From positions 46,795,628-46,859,627 of the forward strand of contig NC_092392.1 in NCBI RefSeq assembly GCF_030028105.1: a stretch of DNA of 64,000 nucleotides. Direction: 5' to 3'. The translations under genes and the position numbers were made by a program. The stretch is from Mobula birostris. Taxonomy: Eukaryota. Shown piece by piece: positions 1 through 12,734 of this stretch; position 1 is the stretch's first letter, and each line of letters opens with the position of its first letter. The notes below the pieces were generated by a model. That model saw nothing but the letters and a program-made list of their open reading frames with translations. It searched no databases and was not told where the DNA came from.

Positions 1-958
1 TCCTAAGTTCCTCTGCACCTCTGATGTTTGAATTTTCTCCCCATTTAGATAATAGTCTGCACTTTTGTTCCTTTTACCAAATTGCATTAAAACACATTTC
101 CCAACACTGTATTCCAGTGTCACTTTTTTGCACATTCTTCCAATTAGTCTAGATCTTGCTGCAATCGCATTGCTTCCTCATTACTACCTACCCCTCAACC
201 TATCTTTGTATCATCCGCAAACTTTGCCACAAAACCATCAATTCAATTATCTAAATCACTAACAAGGTGAAAAGTTGTGGTCCCAATACTGACTCCTGAG
301 GAGCACCACTCGTCTCCAGCAACCAACCAGAAAAGGCCCCTTTTATTCCCACTCACTGCCTCCTGCCTGTCAGCCATTCTATTTCTCCCCTGTAACGCCA
401 TGGGATTTTGTCTTGTTAAGCAGCCTCATGTGTGGCATCTTATCAAATGCCTTCTGAAAATCCAAATAAATGACATTCCCTGCCTCTCCTTTGTCCAGCC
501 TGTTTGTTACTTCCTTAAAGAACTCTAACAGATTTGTCAGGCAAGATTTCCCTTCACAGAAACCATGCTGACTTTGCTTATTTTATCATTAGTCTTCAAG
601 TACCCTGAAACCTCCAAGACTTTCCTATCCACTGAGGCTAGGCTAACTGGCCTATAATTTGCTTTGTTTTGCCTTCCTCCCTTCTTAAAGAGTGGAGTGA
701 CATTTGCAATCTTCCAGTCCTCTGGGACCAAGTCAGAATCAAGTGATCTTGAAAGATCATGACCAATGCATCCGTTACCTCTTCAGCAACTTCTCTCAGG
801 ACTCTGGGATGTAGTCCATCTGGCCCAGGTAACTTATCCACCTTAAGAACTTTGAGTTTGCCCAGCACATTTTCCTTTGTAATAGTAATGGCTCTCACCC
901 CTGCTCCTTGACACTCACAGACCTCTGGCGCACCGCTAATATCTTCCACCGTGAAGAC
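1..958 (-). mobile_element. CR1 LINE ORF2 fragment (degenerate, internally deleted)
   Basis: Fragments PGPDGLHPRVLREVAEE and VPEDWKIANVTPLFKKG..NYRPVSL; collinear with the CR1 at 13.8-16.7 kb. Confidence 0.9.
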
Positions 959-2214
959 ACTACTGTCATAGATGAACACAAAATCACTGAATAACATATC
1001 CCCTTTGGGCCATTCATTCATTGGTTTCAACTTATGGTCATTGTGGTGTCACACACTGTCCAGATTGCAGATTCTTATGTGATGCGATGAGTTACTGCAG
1101 ATCCAAATAATTATTGGCTAATGTCCCCAATAATGGATAGGGGATAGGAGATACATCTGAACTAAAGCACCACAAATGCCAGCAATCAAGCCTTGTTTTT
1201 GGCTGTGATTGATGGAGAAGGAGGTGGTTAAAAGGTGCCCAACCAAATACTGGATGTTCCTTTTCAATTGCAATGGCAGCCAAGGTCAAGGTGCTACAAT
1301 AACAAGAGTTAGCCCTTTTGCTTTTTCAAGCTTTAGTATAGTGAGCTACAAGCTGGAGTTAATAATCCAAGAAATACCTCAGGCAAGATGCCAGAGATGG
1401 AGCTATTAATCTAAATTTTCTTTCAGTGAAGCATTCATCTTCAAGTATCTCCACGTTTGATCCAACAATAGCTATTGCCATTATTAATAAACCAGCTAAC
1501 CAATTGCAGGGGCAGCCAATTGCTGAGACCGCTGTTAGTCTATACCACAATAACCATCATTCCTACTGATGAACCTTAAAGTGGCCATCATTTCTAACAG
1601 TCTCTAACAATGACCAATGCTGTCATCTACCCAAATTCAAAGTACCCTTATGTAGCAAATATTGTGGAAGAACATAGGAGACAATTAAGTAACTCTTTGA
1701 AACAATAAGTGTGCTGCAGCTGGCAATGTTACACAATTATGAAGGCAATTTCTCAGTGGATTCTGGCAACAGAATTCAGGTTCAAACTGGAGATAATACC
1801 CATGAGGTATGACCTATATCTTTATTAAATAAATTGCCTCAAACGGCTTAAAGGCCTGGCTTCTTGATCCAATAACAAAGGAATTGCTCAGCTGAGGACA
1901 CAAACAATGTCTCTAATTGAGATACTTAATAAACATGCAGTAGTAGGGCTATTCAAAAACTCCTGGAAAATGCTTCATCCTATCCGTTATTGATTTTACG
2001 GCTTTTTCTTTGCACATTAGCCATGTCTACAAATTTAAATTAAATCAGTGAAATCAGATGAAGGCCTTTCAAATTAATGCCAATCCAGAACATTAACAAC
2101 AGCTGACTGACTGACTGTGGAATGCAAGACAAGGAGTAAGACAGGATGCCGTGTAACCTGAGCTACAGGAATATATGTGTTTCATCAAAAATGCTGAAGG
2201 AATTAGTTAATGTT

Positions 2215-2440
2215 TTAGGAACAGCTTTTTCCGCTCCACCATCAGTTTTCTGAACAGACGATGAACCAACACACGAACACTATCTCAGTCTTTTTCCAAT
2301 TCTTATTTAATTTAATTTAATTTATTTTATACATATTTCTTATTGTAATTCTTAGCATTTTTACAAATTGCACTGTCCCTCTGTCACAAAAGCACAACTT
2401 TCTTGACATATTCCTGTGATATTAAACCTGATTCTGATAA
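2215..2440 (+). mobile_element. Rex1/Babar-type LINE 3' tail fragment
   Basis: ggaacagcttt..ccatcag..ttctgaa start and attaaacctgattctga end, the same tail as 31871-32021. Confidence 0.65.
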
Positions 2441-2649
2441 AAGACACCTCTCACGAGCAAGATAAAAGAGACCAGGTTCATTTACAAGGGAGTATGAAAA
2501 CAGAAAATACTGGTAGGACTCAGTAGCTCAAGTAATATGTGGAGCATGAAACAGAGTTAATGTCACAGATCACAGACTTTTCTATAGGTCTCGCACATGC
2601 TCCTTATCCTGAGTTAACCAAAGGAGAAAACGTCACTCAATTTCACTTG

Positions 2650-2906
2650 CCCCGTCACTGAAATGTTACCAGAACCTATGGACTCACTTTCAAGGACTCT
2701 TCATCTCTTGTTCTCAATATTTATTGCTTATTATTATTATTATTATTTCATTATTTGCAGTTTGTTGTCTTTTGCACACCGGTTTACCCCTCGCTGGTAC
2801 AGCCTTTCATTCATTCTGTTACGGTTACAGTATTGGATTTATTGTGTATACCAGCAAGGAAGTTCTGACATATATGTACTTTGATAATAAATTTACTTTG
2901 AACTTT
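2650..2906 (+). mobile_element. Rex1/Babar-type LINE 3' UTR/tail fragment
   Basis: ggactcactttcaaggactcttcatctc...aataaatttactttgaacttt. Matches the 3' UTR attached to the LINE at 11125-11870 and the copy at 43700-43955. Confidence 0.7.
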
Positions 2907-2944
2907 TAACTTTGAGAAAATATCCATTTTTAGAGGTATTTCAC

Positions 2945-3165
2945 AAAAACAAGAGACTAAAGATGCTGGGATCCGGAGCAAGAAGCCGCTGGTAGATCTC
3001 AGCAGACTGATCAATATATGTGAGAGGAAATGAACGGTCAATGATTTGGGTCAAAACCTACATCTTGAGACCTGGTGCAGGGTTCCGACCTGAAATGTTA
3101 GCAGTTCCTTTCCTCCGATAGATGCTGCTCAACCCACAAAGTTGCTCCAAAAGAGTGTCTGTTGC
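2945..3165. mobile_element. Old Penelope-terminus hairpin element
   Basis: Degenerate inverted pair of Penelope 3' termini (agatgctgg... / ...agatgctgctcaacc). Confidence 0.55.
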
Positions 3166-3969
3166 TTTAAAAGTATTTCTCCTGGTATTAGGTCAGAAAG
3201 ATTAGGATCAGTTTTACCTATACCTCTTTATTATTTTGTGAAGAACAATTGCTGAATGGCAATAGATTTAAGTCCCAATGCATCAGCCACCATGGCCTTT
3301 GGAGGCTTGGATGAAAAGTTTGCATTGCATATATTCAGTTAAGCTTTATAATAAAACAAAGGGATTCCATGTGGTGTTCAACATTTTTACTGGAAGTTAT
3401 AGGTCACAGCCTGATTCACGTTTCCCAAGATCTCTCAACATTCTTTCGGCCCTGTCTTTCTGCCCTCCTGAGGCCAACACCTCACCCTCCCTCCTTGACA
3501 TAGACAGATCCCCAGGATCCTGCATGTACTATTTCCTTACCCTTCCATTTAGCCTGACCTACCTCTCTCTTATTTTTGTGGGATCATTTCCTCATAAGCC
3601 AATATTATCCTGGGTCTTAGCACCCTGTTGCCATTGGTTGTGAAATAGATCTTACAAGTGATTTCAGCCATCCTGTCCATTGGAATGTGAAGCCAGTCAG
3701 GTGTCTGAAAGGCATCAGAGAAGTTGTCTGCACCATCAGTTTCACGCCACTTGCAGACCTTGCCATGCAAGTTTTGTTTGAGACAGTTTTTAAAGAATAG
3801 CAGTAATCTCCCTCAGCAGTGTTCATTTTGAGAACATTTAAAAACCTCTGATTTCTTCAGCTTCCCTCCTTGTTACCCATCTCACTTTCTACATGTTCTC
3901 ACAATGCAATATTGAAGGCACCAGATATCTATATGAAAAGTTATGTTTATACAAAATTGAATCCTATAA

Positions 3970-4675
3970 AATCAGAATCAGAATCAGGTTTAATATTACT
4001 GGCATATGCCATGACACTTGTTAACATTTTAGCTGCAGTACAATGAGATACATGATAAATAAACATAGAGAAAAAAGCTGAATTACTATATATATATCTA
4101 TTAAATAGTTAAGTTAAAAATAAGTAGTGCCAAAAAAACAGAAAATTAAAAAAAAGTGAGGTGGTGTTCATACGTTCAATGTCCATTTAGAAACCAGGTT
4201 GCAGAAGGAAATGTGCTGTTCTGAATTGCTGAGTGTGTGTCTTCAGGCCTCTGTACCCCTTTTCTGATGGTTACGATGAAAAGAGAATATGTTCTGGGTG
4301 GTGGGGGTCTTAATGATGAACACCACCTTCCTAAGGCACTGCTCCTTGATGACGTCTTGGGAATTATGGACGCTAGTACCCATGATGGAGCTGATAATTT
4401 TACAAGTCTCTGCAACTTATTTCGATCTTCTGCAGTAGCCCCACCTTCCTGCCTCCACACATATGGTGGTGCAGCCAGCCAGATGCTCTCAGTAGTACAT
4501 TTGCAGAGGTTTTCAAGTGTTTTAGTTGACAAACCAAATCTCCTCAAACTCTGAATGAAATATACCCAATGTCTTGCCTTCTTTATAGCTGCGTCAATAT
4601 TTTGCATCCAAGTTTGGTCCTCAGAGATATTGAAACCAGCATCTTGAAGTTGCGCACTCTCTCCACTGCTGATCA
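3970..4675 (-). mobile_element. Rex1/Babar-type LINE 3' end
   Basis: ORF2 C-terminus IKKARHWVYFIQSLRRFGLSTKTL..TESI plus a (TTCTGA)n tail at 3970-3987. Confidence 0.85.
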
Positions 4676-4961
4676 GAATTCTTAAGCTTCTATTAATTTT
4701 ACCTACTTGTTCAAATTTATCTTCTAGTTTTGAAGGCCAAGATTCCTTCCATGTTGTAATCAGCAGGTATATTGGAAGTTATATGCTGCAGCACTCAACA
4801 GGATGAAGTCTCGCTGCCTATTGGACCTGAGAACTACTTGAGCAAGGTGGATGGACAGGTGGAAGGGTGTAACATTTTGTAGAGTTGTGGCTGAGGCACT
4901 GAACATCACCCATACAACAGGCTTGGATCTGAACCTCTAAAGTAAGAGGGGGTAAACTGGG

Positions 4962-7225
4962 TTTCAACTAACCCGCTCTGCTCCTTTGCCTGGTCTGGAT
5001 CTTTTCATCTCTGATTGCCAACGAGACTGTAACCATTTCGATTTCAACGTTCCTCTCTCCTCCTGCAACCTGACCCCTTCAAAACGCACTGGCCTCCATT
5101 CTCCCAGCACCAGTCCCAAGCTCACCATTAAACCTGCAGAAAAAGGGGATGCTGTTGTAGTGTGATGTACCAACCTCTACCTGCGGAGGCCAGGCAGCAA
5201 CTCTCAGACGCCTCCTCATACCTACACCTCGAGGAGGACCCCACTCCACACCATCAGAAAACTGTCTCCAACACCATCCCTGACCTCATTCACTCTGGAG
5301 AACTCCCAACCACTGCCACCAAACTCATAGTCCCCTTACCCCGCACTGCTCGTTCTACCTCCTACCCAAGATCCACAGACCAGACTGTCCGGGTAGGCCC
5401 ACTGTCTCTGCCTGCTCCTGAACTGGCGTCCTCATATCTCAATTCCATTCTATCGCCCTTGGTTCAGTCCCTTTCCACCTACATCCACAACACTTCTCTT
5501 GCTCTCAATCTTCTCAGTAACTTTCAATTCCTTGGCTCTGACCGCCTCATCTTCACCATGAACTTTCAGTCCCTATACACTTCTACCCCCCCTCAGGAAG
5601 GTCTCAAAGCTCTCTGCTTCTTTCTTGACAAAAGGACTAACCAATCCCTTAACACCACTACCCTCCTCCATCTGGCAGAACTGGTCCTCACCCTCAACAG
5701 GTTTTCCTTTGGCTTCTCCTACATTCTCCAAACAGAAGGGGCAGCCATGGTCACTCACATGGGTCCAGGCTCTGCCTGTCTCTACGTTGGCTATGTAGAA
5801 CAGTCTTTGCCAGTTATACTCCCTTACTCTACCTCCACCACATTAACAACTGCATTGGTGCTGCTTCATGCACCCATGCTGAGCTCATCAATTTTATCTC
5901 TAACTTCCACCCTGCCCTTAAATTCATTTGGGCCATCTCTGAGACCTCCCTCCCCTTTCTTGCTCTCTCCACCTCCATCTCTGGAAACAAACTGTCGAAA
6001 GACATCTTTTATAAACCTGATGACTCCCATGGTTATCTCAACTACACCTCTTCCCACCCTATCTCCTGTAAAAGTGCTATTCCTCTTTCTCAGTCTCTTT
6101 GCCTCTGCCGGATCTGTTCCCAGGATGCGGCTTTCACTTCCAGGACATCAGAGATGTCTTCCTTCTTCAAAGAACAGAATTCCCCTCCCTCTACTATTGA
6201 TGCTGCCCTCACTTGCTTCTCCTCCATTTTCTGTACATCCACACTTACCCCATCTTCCTGCTGCCGTAGTAGTGATAGAGACCCTCTTGTCCTTACCTAC
6301 CACCCCATCAGCCTCTGCATTCAACACATTATCCTCTGCAACTTCCACCATCGCCAAAGGGATCCTACAACTAAACATCTTTACCTTCTTTCCTCTCCGC
6401 TTTCTGCAAGGAACGTTCCCTCCATGATTCCCTTGTCATTCGTCCCTCACCTCTGCTCCCTCTAGGCACTTATCTCTGCAAGCAGAAGAGACCTGCTGTG
6501 CTACACCTGCCCATACACTTCCTTCCTCACCTCCATTCAGAGACCCAACAGTCCTTTGAGGTGAGGCAACAATTTACCCATGAATCTGCTGGGGTCATCT
6601 ATTATGTCCAGTGTCTTCTCTACATCGGTGAGACCTGTTGTAAATTGGAGGACCACTTCTTCGAGCATCTCCACACCTTCAGCCCCAAGGGTGACTTCCT
6701 GGTTCCCAAATATTTTAACTCTGACTCCCATTCCTGTTGCAATGCATTGATCCATGACGTCCTCTTGTGCTAATATGAGGCCAGCCTCAGAGTAGAGGAG
6801 CAATACACAATATTCCATCTGGGTATCCTCCAACCTGATGTCATGAATATCGATTTCTCTTTCCAGTGAACAAATTCTTCCCTCTCTCTATTGCCCATTC
6901 TGAGCTTTCACTTCTTCTCACCTGCCTATTACTTCCCACTGTGTCCCCTCCTCCTTCCCTTTCTCCTGTTGTCCACTCTCATCTCTGTCAGATTCTTTCT
7001 GCTCCTGTCCTTGACCTTTCCCACCCACTTCGCTTCACCAATCACCTTCCAGCTAGCTTCATTCCCCTCCCCCCAACATTACATTCCGGCCTCTTCCCCC
7101 TTCCTTTCCAGTCCTGTTATAGGGTCTCAGCCCGAAACATTGACTATCTGCACTTTTTCATAGATGCTGCCGGACATGCTGAGCTCCTTCAACCTTTTTG
7201 TGTATGTTGGTTTGGATTTCTCATG
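4962..7225 (+). mobile_element. Penelope-like element (RT + GIY-YIG endonuclease), 5'-truncated and frameshifted
   Basis: IKPAEKGDAVV, MNFQSLYTS and AMVTHMGP..ACLYVG RT motifs; GIY-YIG VIYYVQC..LYIGET..L.DHFFEH; pyrimidine-rich 3' UTR and conserved terminus. Confidence 0.9.
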
Positions 7226-8410
7226 TTTTCAACTAGACTGGCCGGGCATAATTTAAAACCAGAACCCAATGGAGAGGTCAATGGATGGCTAATTTTAAGT
7301 GACTCAATGCCAGTTTAAGCAGCATTGGGGAGTCCTCTGTGTTCGCCAGCATTAGGAAGCAATAGGTTGTAACGTTTGCTAAGACGTGGACAATGGAATC
7401 TAGAGACCAAAAAAAAAGGGGAGGGAAACAAGCCAATAAATTTTGTCCCAGACTATTACCACCCCAACTGAAGTGGTCTACACATTTATTCCTGCCTGCC
7501 TTACTGATCTTTCTCAAGCCTTCTAGGGGTCATTATTGGCATAACACTTGCTCATTATTTAACAGGTTGATTCAATGCTTCCTTGGTGCAGCTGAAATGG
7601 GAAGGGTGATAAGGCATGTATAGACAGCACCAAAAGTTTCAAAAGTCCATTAAGAATGATTACTGAACATGCAATGGAGCAAGACAACAAAAGCTGCTTT
7701 CATTTTCAAGTGGGTATATTCAGAGACTAGAGGATAAAACATTAAGACTTGGGGAAATTTTAAAAGCAAGCTGTATTACCCTTCTAAACTCTTTTGCTAT
7801 TTGGTTGTAATATTTGGTTATTAGGTTCCGAAGAGTTGCAACAAAAATAATTTCAAAATATCAGGTTTGCAATGTTCTGTGTTATTTGTACATTTTGGTT
7901 CAATACCTTAATTCTCTTGGGTAAAGTAAAATCAGAGTAATTCAAATATGACAAATTCTGGCAACTATGGTCAGAAAATAGTACCAGTCACACCTTTTTA
8001 AAATTGATTTATTACCATGGTGTGCTAAAAATTACTGGCCCTTTAAAAGTATAAAACCATTTCACATGAAACATACTTTAAAACACTGAATACATATGAG
8101 AGAATCTTCATGAATCTACTACAAATCAGAAATGCTTTTGGACATCTCTCCACCATCATAAATTGAAGTAACCAACTTTCTTAATTGTATACCGTATTGA
8201 CAAGGACAGGTAATGTTTGCAATTTAGGTCATGAAAGTGCCAGTGAAATGGAAATCCAAATGCTAATTACACAAAAAGAGCACAGCATCTTTCAATAATT
8301 CATAACAATAAAACTCCAAAAGATTAACTTCCATAACCATTAAATCTGGAGCCCAAACTTACTAAAGCAGAACTCATGATTCCCATTCGTACAAGACTCT
8401 GACATTACAA

Positions 8411-8602
8411 CACAAACAAGAGGAAATCTGCAGATGCTGGAATTTCAAGCAACACACATAAAAGTTGCTGGTGAACAGAGCAGGACAGGCAGCATCTGTA
8501 GGAAGAGGTACAGTAAACGTTTCGAGCCAAGATGTCAACTGTACCTCTTCCTAGAGATGCTGCCTGGTGTGCTGCATTCACCAGCAACTTTTATGTGTGT
8601 TG
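8411..8602. mobile_element. Penelope-derived palindromic mini-element with 13-bp TSD
   Basis: Arms about 8450-8514 and 8538-8602 are reverse complements; TSD tctgacattacaa at 8398-8410 and 8603-8615. Confidence 0.85.
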
Positions 8603-8890
8603 TCTGACATTACAAACTCCCTTGTGTGCGCACCATCACAATAACTCACAATATCAAACATCCTTCCTTCACAATACTACGAGATTACAATTTCATAATA
8701 TCACAATGTTAGATTATTTTCAATCAACTTGCAATTATATGTCAATATCATAATTGTATTTATCTGTGTAAATACTACCTGTCTTTGTATTCAGTCACCT
8801 CGGATAATTGTAGCAGCTGCTCAACTTCAAAACAAAAATTCACTTTGATCCTTTCTAACAGATAAGGTGTTTCATTGATTCATACCATAC

Positions 8891-8989
8891 CTTTCTGGTC
8901 TGAACCTTTATTTTCAGAAACTCTGCCTCTCGACTGAGGGCCTGCCAAGGGGCATGTATCCTGACATAGCCAATGCCATGGGAGTTACA
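8891..8989 (-). CDS. ANO2: Anoctamin (ANO2-like) next coding exon, 99 nt; absent from the ORF track
   Basis: Acceptor tattctttcag|, donor AAG|GTATGG, phase 0-0 and in frame with the 25200-25526 exon. Encodes [33 protein letters not shown], matching the anoctamin [15 protein letters not shown] motif of the ANO1/ANO2 33-aa exon. Confidence 0.92.
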
Positions 8990-9396
8990 CTGAAAGAATA
9001 AAACAAAGTAAATTAAAATTAGTTACAAGTAAGTGTTCAGAAGAGTTCAAGAAAGGTAAAAAATCATTACACAAAATTCACACACCCCATTCTTTAGGGT
9101 ATTAATGTCACCCACCAAATCACCTATTTTCCCAATTTTCCAAATGCTCAGATTGGTAGAGGAATCATGCATCTTATTGCTTCATTCCTCTAGATCTGCA
9201 GTCTCCTTCTGAAACTCATCTGATGCTACCATAACCATCCCAAATATCCTTGCTGTTCTAAGTTACTCATCCAAGTTTAAGGTGAGTACCTCAGCCTTTC
9301 CTTCACCGTTTAAACACAAAGAACACCAACAGGCTGAAGCCAAAGTGGAATTTTAGAACAGATTACTGCAAACAGAGAAGAGGATAATTTATCCTA

Positions 9397-9771
9397 CAAT
9401 CAATGCCACTTTATTCAGTACCTCCTCTACCTCTCTCCTTAAACTTTCTCCATAACAAGGCTTTTTCAGAATGGCACTCACTAGATTTTTTTGTTTGTTT
9501 TTACACCATTCTCTCCAAACTCTAGAGACTGTTACATGTGAAAATCCTAAATCAGCTGTTTTTGAGATACTCATGGAACAATCATTCCATGCTCATAGTC
9601 ATTTAGATCACATATCTTTCTCATTTTAATATTTGGTCTGAACAACATCTGAAGTTTTTGACCATGTCTGCACGCTTTTATGCATTGAGTTGCTGCCATG
9701 TGATTGGCTGATTAGATATTTGCAATAACAAGGAGATGTATAAGTGTAGCTAATAAAGTGGCCACATAATG
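9397..9771. mobile_element. Non-autonomous Tc1/mariner-type DNA transposon
   Basis: TIRs ..gccactttatt.. / ..aataaagtggccac.. with TA on both flanks; internally similar to 40234-41033. Confidence 0.7.
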
Positions 9772-9984
9772 TATATTGTCATTTTCTGGAGTAACATGAA
9801 GGAACCAGGAAGGAATGGTATTGTAGAAGCAAGTTGCTAAAGAGGTATTGGAAGAAGACATAACCAATATTTTCAAAAGCAGATTAATTGAGTTGGTAAG
9901 TAAGTATGAGGAGTTCATATCAGAGTCACAGAAGAGGAAATGCATACTCTTGGCCAGTTCAGAGAAGTTACATTAAGAAGAAAT

Positions 9985-10430
9985 TCACTAGAGTGCTCCT
10001 CCTGGATGTAGGCGATCTCAGTTATGAGGAGAGACTGGTTTGTTTTCTTCCGAGCAGTGGTGGCTGAGGGAGAACCCAGGAGATGTACAAATCAATGATG
10101 GTCATAAACAAGATGTATAGTGAGAACTTTTAACAGATCAGAGGTTTTTAAAGTTGGGGACACAGATTGAAGGTGAGAAATATAAAGTTTAGACGGAATC
10201 TGCAGATTTTCCCCTTCACTCGGACAATGAATGTGATCCGGACCACACTGTCCAAGAAGGTGAAGGAGGCAGGCACCCTTTCAATAGTTAAAACACATCG
10301 AGATGAGCACTTGAAATCTCCAAGGCACAGAGTTTAAGGCTGTGGAACAAGTGAGATTAGTGGAGATTGGTATTTGATGGTCGGCATGTACACGATGGGC
10401 TGAAGGGCCTGCTTCTGTGCTGCATGATTC
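9985..10430 (+). mobile_element. Old CR1 3' end
   Basis: Degenerate SYEERL..., agcagtggtggctgagggag, and the 3' UTR gatgggctgaagggcctgcttctgtgctg. Confidence 0.7.
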
Positions 10431-10784
10431 TGCAGCACAACAACTCTAAGAAGGCCAGAAACCAAACAATGGGAACACAGACGGTGGGCTGGGAATCAAG
10501 AGTGAAGGTAAAGTTAGCATCAGGAGGAAGTGGTAATTATAAAATGGTGAATTAAGAAACTTTGAGTACTTAATACGTAGAATGTACAAACAAAACAAAA
10601 GATCGAAAGATTACCTCGATGAAGAACAACAATTCTATGCATACAATGGATGAATACCAGTTCCAATGGTGGGAATATATCTCAGGTAAAAGTACTTTAT
10701 CAAATGCAGGAAGCACAACACTTTAGGAGCTCAAAAGGATCAGAGTTTTAGGAGCATTATTGAAGACCTCTGCTACTTATTCCA

Positions 10785-11122
10785 CGATCTCTTTGACCCA
10801 CTATCATCAGGAAGGAGGTACAGAAGCATCAGAACTAGGAGTGCCAGAATGGGTAACAGTTTCTTCCATCAGACTGTGAGACTAGTAAATACCCTGCCAC
10901 CACTGAGGTCTCATCACTAGGATAGCAAGATGTTTACTGCTTACTGCCTATCTGTGCTGTGCACTACATGAATTTTGAATTATGTTTTATGAGCTTATTT
11001 ATGGTGATACTTTGGTTTATGTGCTGTGTGTGATGTATGTTTTGTGTGTGCATCGGGTTCCAGAGGAACATTGTTTCGTTTGGCTGTATATATGTACGGT
11101 CAGATGACAATAAACTTGAACT
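10785..11122 (+). mobile_element. Rex1/Babar-like LINE 3' end
   Basis: LSSGRRYRSIRTR..NSFFHQTVRL-type C-terminus and an aataaacttgaactt tail. Confidence 0.7.
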
Positions 11123-11124
11123 TC

Positions 11125-11870
11125 AGAATTCAAAGTAAATTTATTATCAAAGTACATATATGTCACCATATACAACCCTGAGATTCATTTTGTGTGGGCA
11201 TACTCAAAAAATCTATCGAATAATAACCATAACAGAATCAATGAAAGACCACCCTACTGGGAGCTCAACCAGAATTCAGGAGACAATGCACGGTGCAAAC
11301 ACACAATGAAAGAAATAATAATAATCATCAATAAGTAAGCAATAAATATCAAGAACATGAGATGAAGAGTCCTTGAAAGTGAGTCTATTGGCTGTGGGAA
11401 TGTTTGAATGGTGGGGCAAATGAAGTTATCCCCTTTGGTTCAACAGCCTGATGGTTGAAGGGTAGTAACTGTTCCTGAATCCGTTGGTGTGAGTCCTAAG
11501 GCTCCTGGACCATCTTCCTGATGGCAGCAGTGAGAAGAGAACATGTTCTGGATGGCAGAAGTCCCTGATGATGGTTGCTGCTTTCTTGTGACAATGTGAC
11601 AATGTTTCATACAGGTGTGCTCAATGGTGGCAAGGACTTTACCCGTGATGGACTGGGCCGTATCCAATACTTTTTGTAGGATTTTCTGTTCTAAGTGTTT
11701 CCATACCAGGCTGCCAATCAATATACTCTCAACTGCACATTTATAGAAGTTTTTCAAAGTTTTAGATGTTATGCTGAATCTCCACAAACCCATAAGGAAG
11801 TATAGGTGCTGTCGTGCTTTCTTTGTAATTGCACTTATGTACTGGATCCAGGACAGGGTCTTCTTAGGCT
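11125..11870 (-). mobile_element. Rex1/Babar-type LINE 3' end, tail-to-tail with the previous copy
   Basis: LSWIQYISAITKKARQHLYFL..L..F..FYKCAVESIL motif and 3' UTR. Confidence 0.85.
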
Positions 11871-12107
11871 TGAACATGAGCACTCAGCTGAACGATTCTC
11901 AGAAGGGTGACAAACGAAACTGAGAGCAGCAAGGTCAGATAGTTTTCAACTGGGAAGGAAATCCAAATATGAGGACAAAAACCCCTAATTCTGTGCTCTC
12001 CATTTCTCAGCATGTGTTCTGTCAATCAATCTCAAAGTCTTGTATCTTTCAATAGGTGTAGAAATTGACACCCTTTTGTTGGTATAAAATAACAAATGTG
12101 TATTCCA

Positions 12108-12734
12108 AGCAACACACATAAAAGTTGCAGGTGAACGCAGCAGGCCAGGCAGCATCTCTAGGAAGAGGTACAGTCGACGTTTTGGGCTGAGACCCTTCAT
12201 CAGGACTAACTACAAGAAGTGCTAGTAAGAGATTTGAAAGTGGGAGGGGGAGGGGGAGATCCAAAATGATAGGAGAAGATGGGAGGGGGAGGGGTGGAGC
12301 CAAGAGCTGGACAGTTGATTGGCAAAAGGGATATGACAGAATCATGGGACAGGAGGTCTAAGGAGAAAGGAAAAGGGTTGGGCGGAGAAAAAACTAGAGG
12401 ATGGGTTAGGGGTATAGTGAGAGAGACAGAGGGAGAAAAAGGAGAGAGAGAAAAAGAATGTGTGTATATGAATAAGTAACAGATGGGGTACGGGGAGAGG
12501 TGGGGTATTAGCGGAAGTTTGAGAAGTCAATATTCATGCCATCAGGTTGGAGGCTACCCAGACGGAATATAAGGTGTTGTTCCTCCAACCTGAGTGTGGC
12601 TTCATCTTGACAGTAGAGGAGGCCGTGGATAGACATATCAGAATGGGAATGGGACGTAGAATTAAAATGTGCAACTAAAACCAGCAACTTTTATGTGTGT
12701 TGCTTGAAATTCCAGCACCTGCAGATTTCCTCGT
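12108..12734 (-). mobile_element. Short Penelope insertion (3' terminus plus inverted terminal copy) with 14-bp TSD
   Basis: TSD aaatgtgtattcca at 12094-12107 and 12735-12748. Contains the end of the GIY-YIG CDS and the 3' UTR; the terminus is repeated inverted at about 12681-12734. Confidence 0.88.
12171..12208 (-). ncRNA. Minimal hammerhead ribozyme motif in the Penelope terminus (one core substitution)
   Basis: Minus strand reads TAGTC-CTGATGA-AGGGTCTCAGCCC-AAAA-CGTC-GACTG: stem I AGTC/GACT, intact CUGAUGA, stem II GGG/CCC, GAAA changed to AAAA (CpG-type change), GUC cleavage triplet. Confidence 0.7.

Noticed and set aside
1-8890. Next ANO2 exon (expected MYEIK...SYPFSREK)
   Set aside because: Not found by eye on the minus strand; probably outside the window.
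9194-9287. Possible + strand exon ending at AAG|GTGAGT (9281)
   Set aside because: No recognisable coding content or partner exons, and the region may be an old repeat remnant.
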